This document shows, in pieces, positions 30,201 through 45,200 of a stretch of DNA of 64,000 bases. Below the pieces are notes generated by a model. It was not told the origin of the DNA, ran no database searches, and saw nothing but the letters and a program-made list of their open reading frames with translations. Made by a program: the position numbers and the translations under genes. Positions within the stretch are counted from its first letter, which is position 1, and the number at the start of each line of letters is the position of its first letter. Source of the DNA: Tubiluchus corallicola (lineage: Eukaryota; Animalia; Priapulida). The DNA lies in assembly GCA_030141605.1 (NCBI GenBank), contig JAQGDQ010000008.1, positions 930,001 to 994,000 on the forward strand, written 5' to 3'.

Positions 30201-33200
30201 ACAGTCATACACATCAAGTGGGCCCTGCCATTGAGAGGTGGATTCCTACTTACAGTGTGCAAAACTGTATAAAATGATTACAAAAATTGAAAATCTATCT
30301 TAGGATACATATTTTACATCAGAAGAGAATATTAATAGGCTAATTAATTAACTAATATTAATTAACACAAATGCAGTATGTTAGCCATAGAGGTACAACA
30401 TTAGAGCTCAATTCACTGCAAACTGTTTATACAACTGTACTATTACACATTACATAAACAAGTAAGAATTATTAATAACAAACAAGGACAGAGTGAAAAA
30501 ATGGCAGGCATTAAATAGTAAAAAATGTTACACACTGAAAATTCCAGGCCACGACAAGTCCTCGTTATCTTCCCGCTCCGTCCCTGGAGCCAGCTTATTG
30601 AACTTGTCTAGTAAATCTAGCAAGCTTCCCAGCATCGTAACAGCTTTTGATTTGTGCATTACATCCGGTACCTTGCACTGCAGGAGCACCATGCTAGTGA
30701 CTAGTTCAGGTAACAATACATCTGTAGAAACAATCAGCTTAGTGACTAATTCATGTAACACCCACGTTAGTGACAAATTCATGTAACCAAACACTTAAAG
30801 AAACAGCTGAACCTATTACACTGAAAGTGCAGTTTGTATATGTTTTCGGTAAGATTGCTAACTGATATATATATATATGCTATATGAGCTCCTTTCCAAC
30901 ACAGCTTAAATTACAATTTGTATGGCAGTACTTATTGTCGAACAACATGACTGTGAAATGAACGAAAACAAATAATAAACGAGGCATCAGTGCTTAATGA
31001 GCACTGACAAGTCATGGGATTCAGAATCAAGTTACAATGCATTTAAAGTTTGAAAACTACGAACTTAAAAAACATGCCTTTGTGTTTGCATGTTCTTGTA
31101 ATGTTCGTCAGAAGCACTTTAACACTTTCTTGTCTTCCACAAACGAGCGCAAAAAAACTCACGCTGTTGGAAAACTGTATCCAGCAATGACATCATCATT
31201 ACTTGTAGTTCTGAACCACAGATAAAACAAGCTATGCCGAAGAAATTTGTCCTAAAGCCAAAAATCTTATGACAATAAACTAAAGCTCACCAGATATATC
31301 ATACTGAACAATAGCTGCTAAGGCAGAAAACAGTTTCTGATTGTCTGCTGCTAGACTGGCAGCAACAGGTAGAACATCAGCTACGTGAGTGCACACTAAG
31401 ACAATGTACTTCCGTAGCAGAGAAGCTGCTCCAATTACATCAGAATCTGCAAATCGAAAAAGTCGCCATTATTATTTACATGTGGCATAAAACTATAATT
31501 ATCCGTAACTATTTTATTATGCATTTCAGTGTAATTTGATCACACCAAAATCACATTGAATGCAAGGGATGCCTTTAGGGCTTGTTTTTGTGATACTCAC
31601 TGAAAAAGCCAGGATTCTGTCTTCTTAGAACAAAAAGAAATTTTACAGTACTATCTAGAACACATTTTACATTTACTGAGAAGTGTGTGACATACCACAC
31701 TCAAACAAAAGAATGAAATTAAAGTAAGAACAAAGGGAACAAGGAAATTGGCAGATAATGGTAAAAGTGGAAAACTAACAGCATTATGGTAAATATTAAT
31801 CAAATTAAGATCATTTTTTTCAGTCATACTTGTACTGCATGACACTATTCTTGAATTATTCACAAAGAAAAAATGGTCCCCCATTGGGTCAACAGTAATC
31901 AGTCATCAGTCATAGAAAAGAACTAGTAATTAGCTGGCAAATTTGGGTGATCAACAGTAACTTGTGACCTAATCAGTTATCAAAGACCTTAACAGAAAAG
32001 CTATGAGGATGGCAAAAACATTTTTTTACTTTGAAGAAACTGAAAGACTTCACAACAGGCTCTCTTTGTTTTTATAAGACATTTCAATTGCATTCAAACA
32101 CATCTACACCGAATACTAACTTTTACCTACACCTACTTTAGCAGCATCTGCTTTTATTTACATTTACCTTTGCCATATCTATTTTCATCTCTACACAAGA
32201 AACTACAATTATTAACCACTGAATACTCCATGTGTATAAGCCGCAACAAGACAAATTTCAACACAAACCTGATCCCATGGTCCCGGCAATATCTGAAGGT
32301 AATATTTTGGATATGAGAAGACGTTGAATTCTCAACAGCAAAACCAAAGATGTGGAATTCTTCACGTGATTGGTCTGAGCATCAGCCAGAACTTGTTGGC
32401 ATTGTGCCAAAGCTTGCAACTTTGACAGACTCTGAGACGTGGCATTTCTGCAATTAAATCCATAAGGGAAATAAATGAAAAATTTCGAGATATAAATAAG
32501 TTGCACACAGTTTTGTTACTTCAGTCACTGACATTTCAACATTTCTCTTTTTATTCTCAATTTTGTAGCAGAGATTACACAGCAGAAAAGTTTACAAACA
32601 CCAGAAATTACCAAATAGCAGGTAAATTTAATTTAAAAGGTTGTTGAGGAGCTTGGATTTGTTGAAACCCAAGGTCATTAATCCACAGTCTTAAAATTAG
32701 GATGATAAATAATTAAACATGTTAACTTCCCCGCATAACTTCAGTATTTAAATTTTCAATGCAACAGGGAGTACCAAAAGCTATGTCGTGTAATTACAGT
32801 CTGACGTACCAGACTATCAGTTAGTTGGAACTCTCACCTATGCACTCTCAACACAAATTACACTTTAAGAGATATTTTTTGCATACTTTTGATGAAGATG
32901 TAGAGCCACAGATATTACAAATTTTTAGCCAGTGTATTTTCTTGATTTTCATGTAGAAAAACATACAGTGATACCTCGAGATACGAAATTAATTCGTTCC
33001 AGACGGGCTTTCGTATCTTAGAATTTTCGTATTATGAGACAAGATTTACCATATCAATCGCGTATTTTGTTCCAGCCCCCCCCCCCGAAAACAATCGTAC
33101 AAAGTGTAAATATTGTACCCACCTGAAAGAAATATGTTCGTTAATGACCGATCGTCGAAGGGTTCACTCATACTCCTCTGCGATAGCACTTAAACGCATT

Positions 33201-36200
33201 TCACTTTCATATTTTTCGGACCCATGGTTATTGAATGAGTTCACGTGAGATAAGAACACAACAAAGCGTTCACGTGATGGATGCTACGAAATGCATTCTG
33301 GGAGGACCGCTGTCGGATAGCACTTTCCATTTTCATTTTCGTATCTTGAATATTTTTTCGTTAAATGGGACGGAAATTTCTTCGAAGCCCGATTCGTATT
33401 CTGAATTTTTCGTATAATAGGGTTTTCGTAAGTCGAGGTTCCACTGAGTTATAAATATCCAGTTATAAATTAAATGTGTAATTTACTCTACACTCTTCTT
33501 TCTTGAATTAATTTTGGTAGCTCAAGACACTCTCCTCCCTTTATTTGCAGATTTTTCCTAACATTAAATTTTAGAAACAAGTGACTAATGAGATGTAACA
33601 AATACATAATCAACATGCAAAATGGAAAGCAAATGCATGTGCTACCCACTCACTTTAGAAGTTGCTGAACTAGCTGAAGCAACGGAATGGCCGTTAACCC
33701 ATCATTGGCTTCCAGTACACGCTGTCTTTCTGCCTCTAAAACTGCCTGCTCTGTTTTCAATGCTTTACTGGCTGTGGCAACTTCCTCTGACTCCTTCTCA
33801 GAGTCATTCTCCTGTGACCAAATCAAACATAACATTACACAAATCACGGAAGCACAGCTGATGAAATCAGCAGTTGAAAGCTTAATTTACAAAAGCAGTA
33901 GCAGACAACTATGACATAGCTTAATTGTAATAGTCAATTAAAGGAGAAATACAATCTAAAATCTAGTTGACGTATATTGATTGCTCTAATCTGCAGTAAC
34001 CTAATGCTTCTTCACCTTTAATAAGCTGGTAAGTGAAGCCCGTTTACAAGACTTGCAGTAATGATCCTTCGTTAATAGAAATGTTTCTTACAATAGTATT
34101 TACATAATTCTCACAGATAAACCTATGAGAATCGAAGTCTTTAGGAGTGAAATGCAGGAAGCTAAAGGTAAAAAAGCTAGAAAGTGGACAAAACTTAACG
34201 GCAAAAAGTATCTGCAAGCACACCAGAGTTATGGATGTGAAGATGATGAAGCCAGTGAAATGGATGTATACATGAAAGAGGAATTAGGATTTTAAAAATT
34301 TTCTGACGAAAAGGTTGAGGAAAATCTAGCTAAGAGCAGCAGAAATTGCAGAAATTTGATTGCTACTGAAGACCCAGGATGAACAATAAATGGGGGTCAT
34401 AAAGTAAATTTCCGATTCAAACAATACAATCTGTAGTAGGTAATTAACTAAACTTAACTGGTACACTATTTTATTATATATTATACATATAATACAAGCA
34501 TAAGCCTCACATGCAAGTACTATTATAGAGGCCTGCTCTATTATAATATTACACAAGAAAATTTTTTGGTGGAGACCATGGGGGAGACCATTGAGGAGGG
34601 GGCACTAAAAACATTTTTGTTTAGAGTGTCAAACTACCTAGAGTCGGCTGTGATCAAGAATAGATTTCCAATACCTTCTGTTCTTCAAACTCCTGTATCT
34701 CTGTTTTAATAGCAGCTTGTAGAGTAGATTCCAACCCTCCACCAGCCATCAGAGAGTTCACTAGCAAATCAATCATAAACCTTTTCCCAGCACTAACAAC
34801 AACTGTCTCACTTGCACCTGAAAACCAGTCATAATGGTTTTCATTAAATGCTCGCTGGGTAAAATATCAAGGTTCAAATTCAGCTGCAGAATATATTTTT
34901 GGTATGCTAATTTTTTATTTAAATTGTTGAACTGACACATACAGATAAACAAAATGCTATGAGCTGCTACCGACAATAGAGAGATTTAACAACGAAAGCC
35001 AAATACTAGGAAACAAAGAAAGGAATTCATTAAAATGCATAGTTGGTACACTTTTCTCGTTTTGCTTTATTGAAAGTACAAAAATTAGATTTCATGTTTT
35101 ACAAATTTTTATGTGCCAAGTAACACAATTCAACATGCAAGGCAGAAAAGGTACAATCGGGCTATCTGAAGGTTAGAGGTTCCACAAATCAGAATTAAAC
35201 ATAGTGCTTCTAGTTTTCGTCAAAACTGTTTCGGTATAAAATTTTACCAAAATTACATTTCTCCAAGTTACAACTCAGGAAATTTAAGGGAAACAATTTT
35301 TTTTAATCTTCTCCATCTCTTAGACACCCTTATTCACAGTTAAATTATTTGTTAACTGCTTTAATTTATTCAGCTTCGTCTCTTTGTTTTGAGTGATCTA
35401 ATGTTTCGTTTAGCACAATTAAAAATGCAAAGCAGAAAGTTATGCGTAACATACATGACATCCCGCATGGTAGCAGAGAAGATAGGGCACGAGCTCTCTC
35501 TTCAGCAGTGGGCAATAACACACTCCATCCGTCTTGCAATACCGCTTGTGCAGCTGACTGGATGGAGGGCAGCACGCCTGCATTGCTGGCCAGCGTTACG
35601 ACTCTCTGTTTAATGCTGGTCAAGAGACGACTGCCATTTTCAATGCCCACATCTTCCACATCTATGTCATTGGTAATAGCTGAACACAACTAGAATAAAA
35701 AAATTTCTTTGTAAAAATAACTCAATTACTTTGTTCAAGTAGCTGAAAATTACTGTTTAACGAAAATAAAAAATATAAATAGTTAATTGTCTTTATTTGT
35801 GAATATATGCTAGCCGAGCGGTCACACGTGCATTTTGTGCGAGAATTGGCTCTTGACTGCCTGGGCTTTTTCATTTGCTGCTGATGCTGATTGGCTACCT
35901 CATAAAGGGAAAATCTATATAGTGTACACCATCTGAGAAGCAGCTGAGTTACCTAGATTTAATGGTTCATCTTACAAGGTTATTTTTGAAAATTAGCCAA
36001 CCTCCTCTCATGCCACAAGTGTGTCGAATTATATAAAAATTTCTCTGATTTCTGGTGACAAAAATTTATAGCTAAAAGAATGATGTGGCGTATCGCACCC
36101 GCTGGCTAGAAACTGCATAATTAACAACTACCAAATTTTTCGGCACCACAAGCCACAAATAGTTGAAATTCACATTTTATAAATAGGAGCAATAAATGCA

Positions 36201-39200
36201 CTCATCCTAACACAAATAAGGAACATTGTACGACTTCTGGCATACTGTAGTATTACTAAAGAATACTGGAAAGTGTGGGTAAAAGCAAAAAACTGTTTCT
36301 TTAAATAGATTTCAGGCAGAAAGTCTAATGCAGTTAGTTCCAGAACTTTTTCTTAAGCAAAGAAATTTTAGAATATAAAAGAACTTCTGTTTTTCTGCAT
36401 ACCTGAATTCGAAGCAAATTGAGTGCAGCTACAACCATGCACTCTTTTTCTTGGGGTGGAGGCCAGTCACTCTCTCCATTAATCCCCTCACTGAGTTGCT
36501 CTAACAGCTCGTCAAGTAGTTTGAAAGCAGCGTGACACACATCGATGACAAATGGAACTTCAGTGGGAATACGAGACTGTGTTGAACATGTCCAGACAAA
36601 ACTCTGGAAAAACACAAATAGTGATAATAAGCAATAAATGTGAAATATGTAGTACTAATAGGAAAGGAATCTGAAAGTGGTTAATTACGGTATAATGCCA
36701 AGGTATGCTAGCACTAGTCCCTGCAAAATAGGTATTAACTACACAAGCGGGTGAACCACCCTTGCTTCTACAGTTATAACACGTGCTACTATATCACTAT
36801 CGATCTCATCATCACCTTTACAACATTCGTCAACAACAGCACCATCATCATCAGCATCACTCTCACCATTAGTTTTTATTTACTATTTCTTCAATTCATT
36901 TATTACAGTTGTTATCTATGTGAAATGCTGAAGCCAATTTTCTCCCTCTGCGACACATCTAAAACGTATATTAGATATTTATGCAGATTTTGCAGAAAAC
37001 CATGATATGCCAATTAATTTGGAAAAATCAATATCTAATCTTTTTAAAAAACAACGAAAATATAAAAGCCTGATTTTTGTCATGATATAACACTAAAGCG
37101 GTACAATGAAGTTGTCTGAACTACAGTTTAGATCAACATATTGACATTGAGCATTGTAAGCAAGATTTTATTACATCTGTAAATTTAATGCTGTCTTATT
37201 TTTAAAACTATTTCTGATAAGCGAGTATTGCTAGAATTGTTCTTCTCGTATTGCTCTACATTTTAGAGTGTAAGTGACTTTTCTTGCCTAAGTAACTGCA
37301 ACATTAATATGATAGCTGTACAGTTTAGGAAGTCTTTATTGCACATTTTAGCCATTCCATACAATTCATATTCAAACATGACATGTTGCATAGATGAAAC
37401 TGGGACTCTTATTAATATTTTTGCCAAACAATGATTAAAAACATACAGGTCCATTGGTCAATCTGAGAGCCAGACACTTCTGCTATTGAGTATTTTAATG
37501 GTTACTACAGTCTAACCACACTAGGTAAAAATAGAATTATTTGGGAATAAAAACAAACAGATGTAAATTAGAGTGTAGAAGAAAAGGTAATTTACAAAGT
37601 TTACTGGATCTATCAGCAGGAAATTGTTGAAGATTTTACTAGATATGAAATGAATGAAACATTTTTATATTTACAAACTAATACTTAATTGTTTTGTATG
37701 CACTGTTTATTGTTTCCTAAAAAATCTCCAATGTTACTATATGTATTAACCTCTCTAGTATATATTGCACATTTCACATGTTTGAATAATAGGTAAAACA
37801 GGATACAGCTCTGTGTAGAAAACCATCTATGTCGTACCACATTAATTACACTTCTTGCATTCCTCTCAACCTCTGAAGTAAAAGAGATTATGAAAAATAC
37901 AGATAAAAAAGATAGCACTGCAATACTATCAACAATTAAAAATATAATAGTATTAATAATAGACTTATTAAAAATCAAACATTTAATAATAAAAAGGGCT
38001 AAGTTTTAACCTGAGCAGGTCCGCAGGTTATTCCCATAATGCGTTTTCCTTCGATCATCGTGATTAAACTCGGTTCTGGTTTACACGGTAGGCTAGTCTC
38101 ACCCTGCTGGAGCTGATCATTCTTTCCCCAGCTATAAACTTCTCCCTTAAATGGTAAAGTAACACTGAGTGAGAACAAGTTAACACATTTGCATCACACA
38201 GCAACAATAAAACAACATATTGTTCACACAAGTATGCCCACATAGATATTGCTCACATAGTATGCCCAATTATCACAAACACAATGCATCAAATCGTGTT
38301 GGCTTGAGCAAAAACTGAGATAATCGAATGTTAAGCACCAGACAGAACATGTAAAAGTGACTCTTAGTAAGCCGAGAAACAGTTTTTTGCTGACAAAGTA
38401 ATAGTCGTCATTTCCACGGAATTTCACTGTTATTGTATGTGTTGCAATTTTCTCTTTTACAGAATTCTACGAAAATAAAGAAACTATCATTGTCATCTGC
38501 ACGTCATTTCCAACTATGTTTTCTTAAAAACTTATGGCGATAAGTTAGCTTTTACAATCAACCAGGTTACCGTCAGCCAAAAATATGAGCGTTAACTAAG
38601 CAATGCATCTAAGTGCCGGATTCCAGCTTGAAATGTGCTGAAGTGCATAAATAAATAAGAAAAAGTATGTTTTCGAATAGTGAGAACACATAAACAACAC
38701 CAGCAATGCTATAAAAAAGCAAGGTAGAGATTTTCAGTTCATTTACCTTTTCTGTCACAGCCAGACAATGCCGAGATCCCACCGCTATGTCAACAATTCT
38801 TTTACCTTGTAGTGCTTCAATGATCTTTGGATATCGTACATGTTCTTCAGACCCATGACCAAGTCTGTGATTATCACCTTTACCCCTATGAAAACATCAT
38901 AAGCTTGAGCATGCAAAATGTACAAATGCATATAAATAAATAACAAATCTTCCGAAAAAGGCTATAAAACAACTCGACCACAAGCAAGGCACGGCTTAAA
39001 CAAAATACGAAACTGTTTTATATTTGCTAGTTGTCACATTTTTGCCCACGTTTCCATATAATCAGTTACTCAGCTACCAAAATGCATAAAATTAATGAAA
39101 ACATATTTTTGCAACAAGACTGAGAGGGGTGCAATCGGCATGGCACACTGAGACACAGGAGCCTCACAGGATAACTTCTCCGGGATAGTTTGCAGACCAT

Positions 39201-42200
39201 TAAACAATATTTGTCCAACGTATTAATAAATATTGGCAGCTTTGCAGCTGAAATCTGTTTTAAGCAAGTCAAGTTTATTCAAGCGAAAAATGGCAGGACT
39301 CAGACAGACGTGATGTGAGCTGCATAATCCTAGAAAATACACGTCGCAATCCCAAGTCATCATTCATGCTTCAGCAACCTACGTGCATTGTTTCACTGTA
39401 TAATGCATTTAAAAGTAGTCTCTATTAAAGCTAATTTGTCTGGTTGACTAACAGCTTAATAAGTTGAACTGCTCCTTTGAAAAGTGTTTATTGACACTGG
39501 TTCGTCTAAGTAATAGTGCTCAGGGCTTGTACATTAATAACAATAATACACCACAAACAGTTCTGCAGGCTATTTCATTATAAATGCTATGCCAGTGAAA
39601 AGGGTTTAAAAGCAAAAGCTCAGGATTCTGGGAAGTTAGGGTTATTTTAATGTTCTAATATTTGCAATAAAGTTAAAGAAATTTAGCAATAAAAGTGCGA
39701 TAAGTCTGTTTCATAATTAGCACAATCGCTTCATGCTTTGCCACCCATTTCAAAAGCCCATTTCTGCCAATTACATAATTCGTCAACTGAAGAAAATCAG
39801 TCAATTTCTGTAAAGTTACAAGACTTTACAAACAATAGATAGCTAATTCTGTAATATTTCTGTGTGAAAATTAGCAAAAATTTGGATTAGTTTAATTGGG
39901 AGCACTTGTGAAAGCCACCAGTTACGTGATAATTTTCAAGTGAATGGCATATCACTGAATCGGAAAATTTCTATATAGCAGTAATATAACTTAAATTTAT
40001 GACTTATAGATAGTTTTTGCAAATTTCTTTATTATATTTTTCTACTTTTAAGTGACAGCAGTAAAATAAACCCTACATGTCTTTTCATTTAATTGTTTAT
40101 ATTAGCCTATCTAGTATGTGATATGTATTGCTTCTAATACACCACAAACACTTCTGCGGATGCACCTCATACAAAACAGCAAACGATACGATCACAATAC
40201 ATCTTAAACGATATGACCACAATTCATGTTGCACCATCAACTTTTTCCTCCTCAACAGTTAATACTTATGCTGTCTTTAGTGCAGCTAGTAATACAAAAA
40301 TTTAATAAATTATTATGCTGGGTGCACACCTGCTGACTTCTAATCAGTACACTAATTAAAATATGTGACATATTGAGACAACTAATGCTGAGACAGTAAA
40401 CATGCCTGAAAAACAACTTTGCACTTTCAGCTTCATTTGACCAAAAGTATCGTAAAATTATTTTAGTTTGTACACTTGGAAAGTAATAACTTTCAAGTTT
40501 ACACATTATAATAATTTATCACTTAATCATGCTAATGCACTCCAGCATTGTGGAGTTAAGTGAAAATTCATTGAATTAAAGCATGCTGCATAGGTACCAG
40601 CAAAGAGTGATGTGATGAATGGTGACTAGTAACAAGATCAGTTTAAACCTGTATTTTTCTTTGCCTCTTGTATTATAGTGAAAAAAAATACATGTATTTG
40701 TTTTTTTTTGTGATTTTCTTCTCTGTTTTGTGCTAACTGCTTATTCAGATATTGTAAATGTGAATGAAAAAGTATCGACTTGAGTTAGTGAATTCAGTGC
40801 ATCTACTGTAAATGGGAATGTAAGCAGAATAAGCGTCTTATCGTTGTTAATCAGCTTGAGCATGCAAGTGAGTCACACACCACAGTACCACAACTGTCCA
40901 GCAAGTAGTTAAGCGAATCAGTGGTGTAGACATGTGTGACCCCATCTAACATCCAGTCAGTAAGTGACAGAACCAAAACCTACATATGTACAAGTTTCAG
41001 CTTAATCCAGTGAAGAGGTCCGTTAGTATGAAATGTTTATCCTTAAGTAAAAAGAAATATTAAAAGAAGAAGTGCTAAGTGAAGACTTATTGTACACACC
41101 AAGAATACACGTCTCCATTTCTGGCTAGTGCTACACTAAACTGATGACCACAGCCGACTTTCACAATGTCAACACCTTGAAGTTTATCTACTAATTTGGG
41201 AGATTTGCAACCGTCGCAGCCACCTCGACCAAGTTTCCCGTAATCACCGTCACCCCAGGAGTAAATAGCACCTATAAAACACATAATTCAATTTTTTACC
41301 CAGTTCGGCACACTGCAAGCTGAAAATCAAAACACTTAATTGCAAGGCTTAATATAGATGGTTGTACGGGAAAGCAAAATCTGCCCTCAAAATCTGACTC
41401 GTAACTGAACAAGGCTAAGCCTCTACGACGAGCCACTGAACCCACTGAAAATTTTTAGAAGTGTGCACTTGAACCATATTGCTTGACAATTCATGAAGAC
41501 GATTTAATTCTATTCCTCATGATGCTACGATTTTTTATTTTGAACCAACGACTTCCTAGCTTTCCATCCTACTAAATTTCAACTCGATTAGATCAAGACG
41601 TCATACACTTTAAATCAATTTAAAACTAATTAATTAAGCAGCTCCTATTAATTAACTAATTAACAAATTGCTACAATTTTTTTTGGTTTGAATCAAGAAC
41701 ATCCTAGCTGACCAGCAAATTTCAAGGCAAATGAATAAATACCTTTAGAAATGAATACCAATTTAAAATTGATGAATTAAACAGCTCTAATTAATTAATT
41801 AATTAATGTACATATTGTGATGATTTTTTTGTCTTTGTGACCTAATTATCACACCTATCAGCTTGATTGGAAAAATACTGGATAATGAATAAATACTTTT
41901 GGAGTTGAGAATGCATGACATGCGGGTAGAGTGAATATGCAAAAAAAGATTTTTTCTAAGATCCTGCCTAACACTCGGATGTTGATAGGTAACCGACTGG
42001 AAGGCATTTTATTTTCCATTCCGCATTCTGTTATTTCTCTTGTTTGAAAAGGTTAGCTACCGGTCAGTGTCTATTCTTACAGGACTATCCCAAACAAATA
42101 AGATTTCAGTCCCACTGTAAACTCCAACATTCATAACAGACCCTACCAGTGAGCGTGCCGAATTATGTCAAAAAGTCATACTCAAATGGTCCTCAAAAAC

Positions 42201-45200
42201 AGAGAATTAAACCACAAAACAATGACGGCTTTCATTATAAAGTTTTTTGAATGGTGATTAGTTTTACATATCCCTACCCACTAATTCTCTGATTTGTACA
42301 TTACTGCTACCTGCAAACACAGCATCAGTAATAATTACCTGTATCAGTTACAGCAAGAGTCTGAGCATCACCACTGCCGCAACCAACATCTACAATGTGG
42401 TGACCTTTGAGTCCTGTCACCAGCCGAGGTGAAGCTTGATCTTCACTAGAACCTACAAGCAACAAACAGTCCGAGTTTTACATGAGTAAAATTGTAATAC
42501 AGTTTTACTTACGTAACTTTAAAATTACTTTAAAATTGCAATACAAAGCCGTAAGAGTTTGCTACTCAACTAACCTTTTACCACATTTTAACTAACTATG
42601 AATCATGAAATTTAATTCCTAATAATTTTGTAGAATAGAGTGTTTGATATAAAAAATAGACATTAGACGGGTATGTCAGTGATAATGATATGTAGCAAAA
42701 GAATAATACATTCATTATTGATTATGAGATCGGTACAAAACTTTTGTTTCTGATGTTATTGTATCGATGTTACTTCAGAGTCATCCGTATCATATCAACT
42801 TTAATATGTTTCACTGCTTGTTGTTCTCATTCATAAAACTGCTCTTCTGTTTACGCACAGATATTAAGCAGAAAAATAGAAAAAATATGCCACTATTTTA
42901 CACTGAGACAACTTACGCATTTTCAACATATCTGCAGCAGTAATTACAAGCACTATTTTACACTGAGACAACTTACGCATTTTCAACATGTCTGCAGCAG
43001 TAATTACAAGCACTATTTTACACTGAGACACATGTCCAAGATGTCCACAGCAGTAATTACAATGGCACACTATCTGTTTTTCATTTTTCAAGCAACGGTT
43101 CAAAGACATAGGAGGACACTTGCATTTTTTAACACACTATTCAACAAATATTTCTCACTTAAAAATGCTGTACTGTACCGAATGATTTTAACATTTAACA
43201 ATGTGAGTATTTTTGTTGCTGTTGCACAAGTTACTCAACTCAGCATCATTTTGTCGTTCAAAATATGTTATCTTTTTTCGGAAAAATTAATATCGTTATC
43301 GTGTAATTCCAAAAAATCTCATTTCATTACATCAGGTACACCAAAGTTCGTCTTACCATGGCCTAATCGCCCATAGTTTCCACGACCCCAAGTAAACAAT
43401 TCACCAGATGATGTTATAGCAGAACAGTAGGTAGCACCAAGACTAATGTGAACGATATTCTTCTCACTTAGTCCATGCACGGGAGTTGGATGATCGAGGC
43501 TATAGAAAACACATCCATCTTATTAGCAAACGCCACACTAAATGAATTAAAAGGGTGTACATGCATGATCATTTTACATACCTAATTAATAAGTAAACTG
43601 TCAAACCATCAAAATGTCTAAACAAAATTACAGTCACTGGCACTGGCCATACTGGTGTGCGGGATACGACAATAAAGTAAAAATAGCCAAGATGTGCATT
43701 TGATAACGCAAACAGTAAAAAAAATTTGCATGCATGTCCTAGCTTTTCATTTGACACTTTTTAAGCATAGCAATAAAGTGGAAAAATTGTTCAGTAGATA
43801 TGTGAGTAACAAATGACAAAACTGCAAGTACATATTTAGTAGTCATCCATAACAGTTACATTTTCAAAATTTTGCTCTAAAATAATATCTGTATTAGTAT
43901 CAATAAAAGGCAGCATCATTCGAAAGAACAGAAGCAAAGGAGAAGCAAATAAGTAGGAAGAAAGTACAAAGAAAAAGTTTAAGGACGATAAAGGAAATGA
44001 CTATAACGTTAAAAGTGCCAGTGCCTAACAAGAAATTTGAACATAGTTGAAAATGCTAGGATAACTAAAGGTGTTTTAGGAAAACTGTAGTCCAAATCTG
44101 TTCATTTATTATTACTTAAAAGAAAAGACACAGTCAATGCTCCCTGGTACCATTACTCTTACAAAATGTTTTTTGTGTCACTAAAATATTCTTTTGAGAA
44201 TATGACCAAATTAGATATTGAAATTGAAAGAATTACACAGCATCTCCTTGACAATGCTTTCCATCCGACTGTCCCCAAGAATAAACATCCCCATCAACAG
44301 TTAATGCGAGGAACTGACGACCTTCTGGATGAGCTGCAATTTTCATGACTTGTTTTCTGCCAAAACCTTCCACAAGCTGCGGTGCCTGACACAAAAAATT
44401 TAATATTAGAAAAATGTCAGACCATATTGTAAAATGATATTAGCCAGAAAATTGCATTCGATAACATAACATATAGTGGTTTTCACCGAGTACTCTAAAT
44501 TGATTGGCCCTTTTCTAGGTTTTCTATTCTCTGCATACAATATAAACAAGCTTTTCTCGGTGTGTTAATATGAAAGTTGAACTACTCTTGTAAAAGTAAA
44601 TTAGCCATGCCTAATAAGCACACATTATATGGCATGTTACACAAGATCTGTGAAACACAATATGAAAATCATATAATTAAGAACGAGTCCGCGAGAGCAC
44701 CATGCAGAGGATGGCACATGAGGGGTGACGAATTTATATCATTTTTTTCTAACATGAAGGGCGACCCCCCAAAACCATGTAACCAAGATATCAAATCGAT
44801 CGAGCTACTATTAGCAGAGAAATGACCACATCAAGAAATTGACCTCAAAAGAGGCAAAAAATCGCTATTTTGGGGGATTATTTTAACTTTTTCCCCTGTA
44901 TAAACTATTATAGATGGGTCGATGTAAGTTGGCTGGTACATAGACCCAGACATTGTCTTCTGATATCCTAACTTTTTCTGACATACTATTAATAGTATCA
45001 GAGAACGGGATTTTTCAAATTCGGCTCTTTGTTAAGAGTCCAGGGAGAGGTTAAGTTCTAAGGTTCATAACTCGTCCACTGCGGGCTACGGAACTTCTGT
45101 TTTTCATATATGTGTTAACCATCATCCTCACTAATAATATAAAAAAGGAAATTCGCTGGAGCCTGTTTCAGTATTTAGGGCTGGCACTTTAAAATTTCAC

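Noticed and set aside
38146-38746. AAG acceptors (exons 14, 32, 33) as possible U12 introns
   Set aside because: Donors are ordinary U2 type (GTAAAT, GTAAAG, GTTTGT) with no RTATCCTT signature
42891-43061. Regularly spaced repeats as a CRISPR-like array or repeat-protein ORF (42864-43109)
   Set aside because: Units are contiguous with no unique spacers, in a eukaryotic intron; the ORF is a by-product of a 60-bp unit
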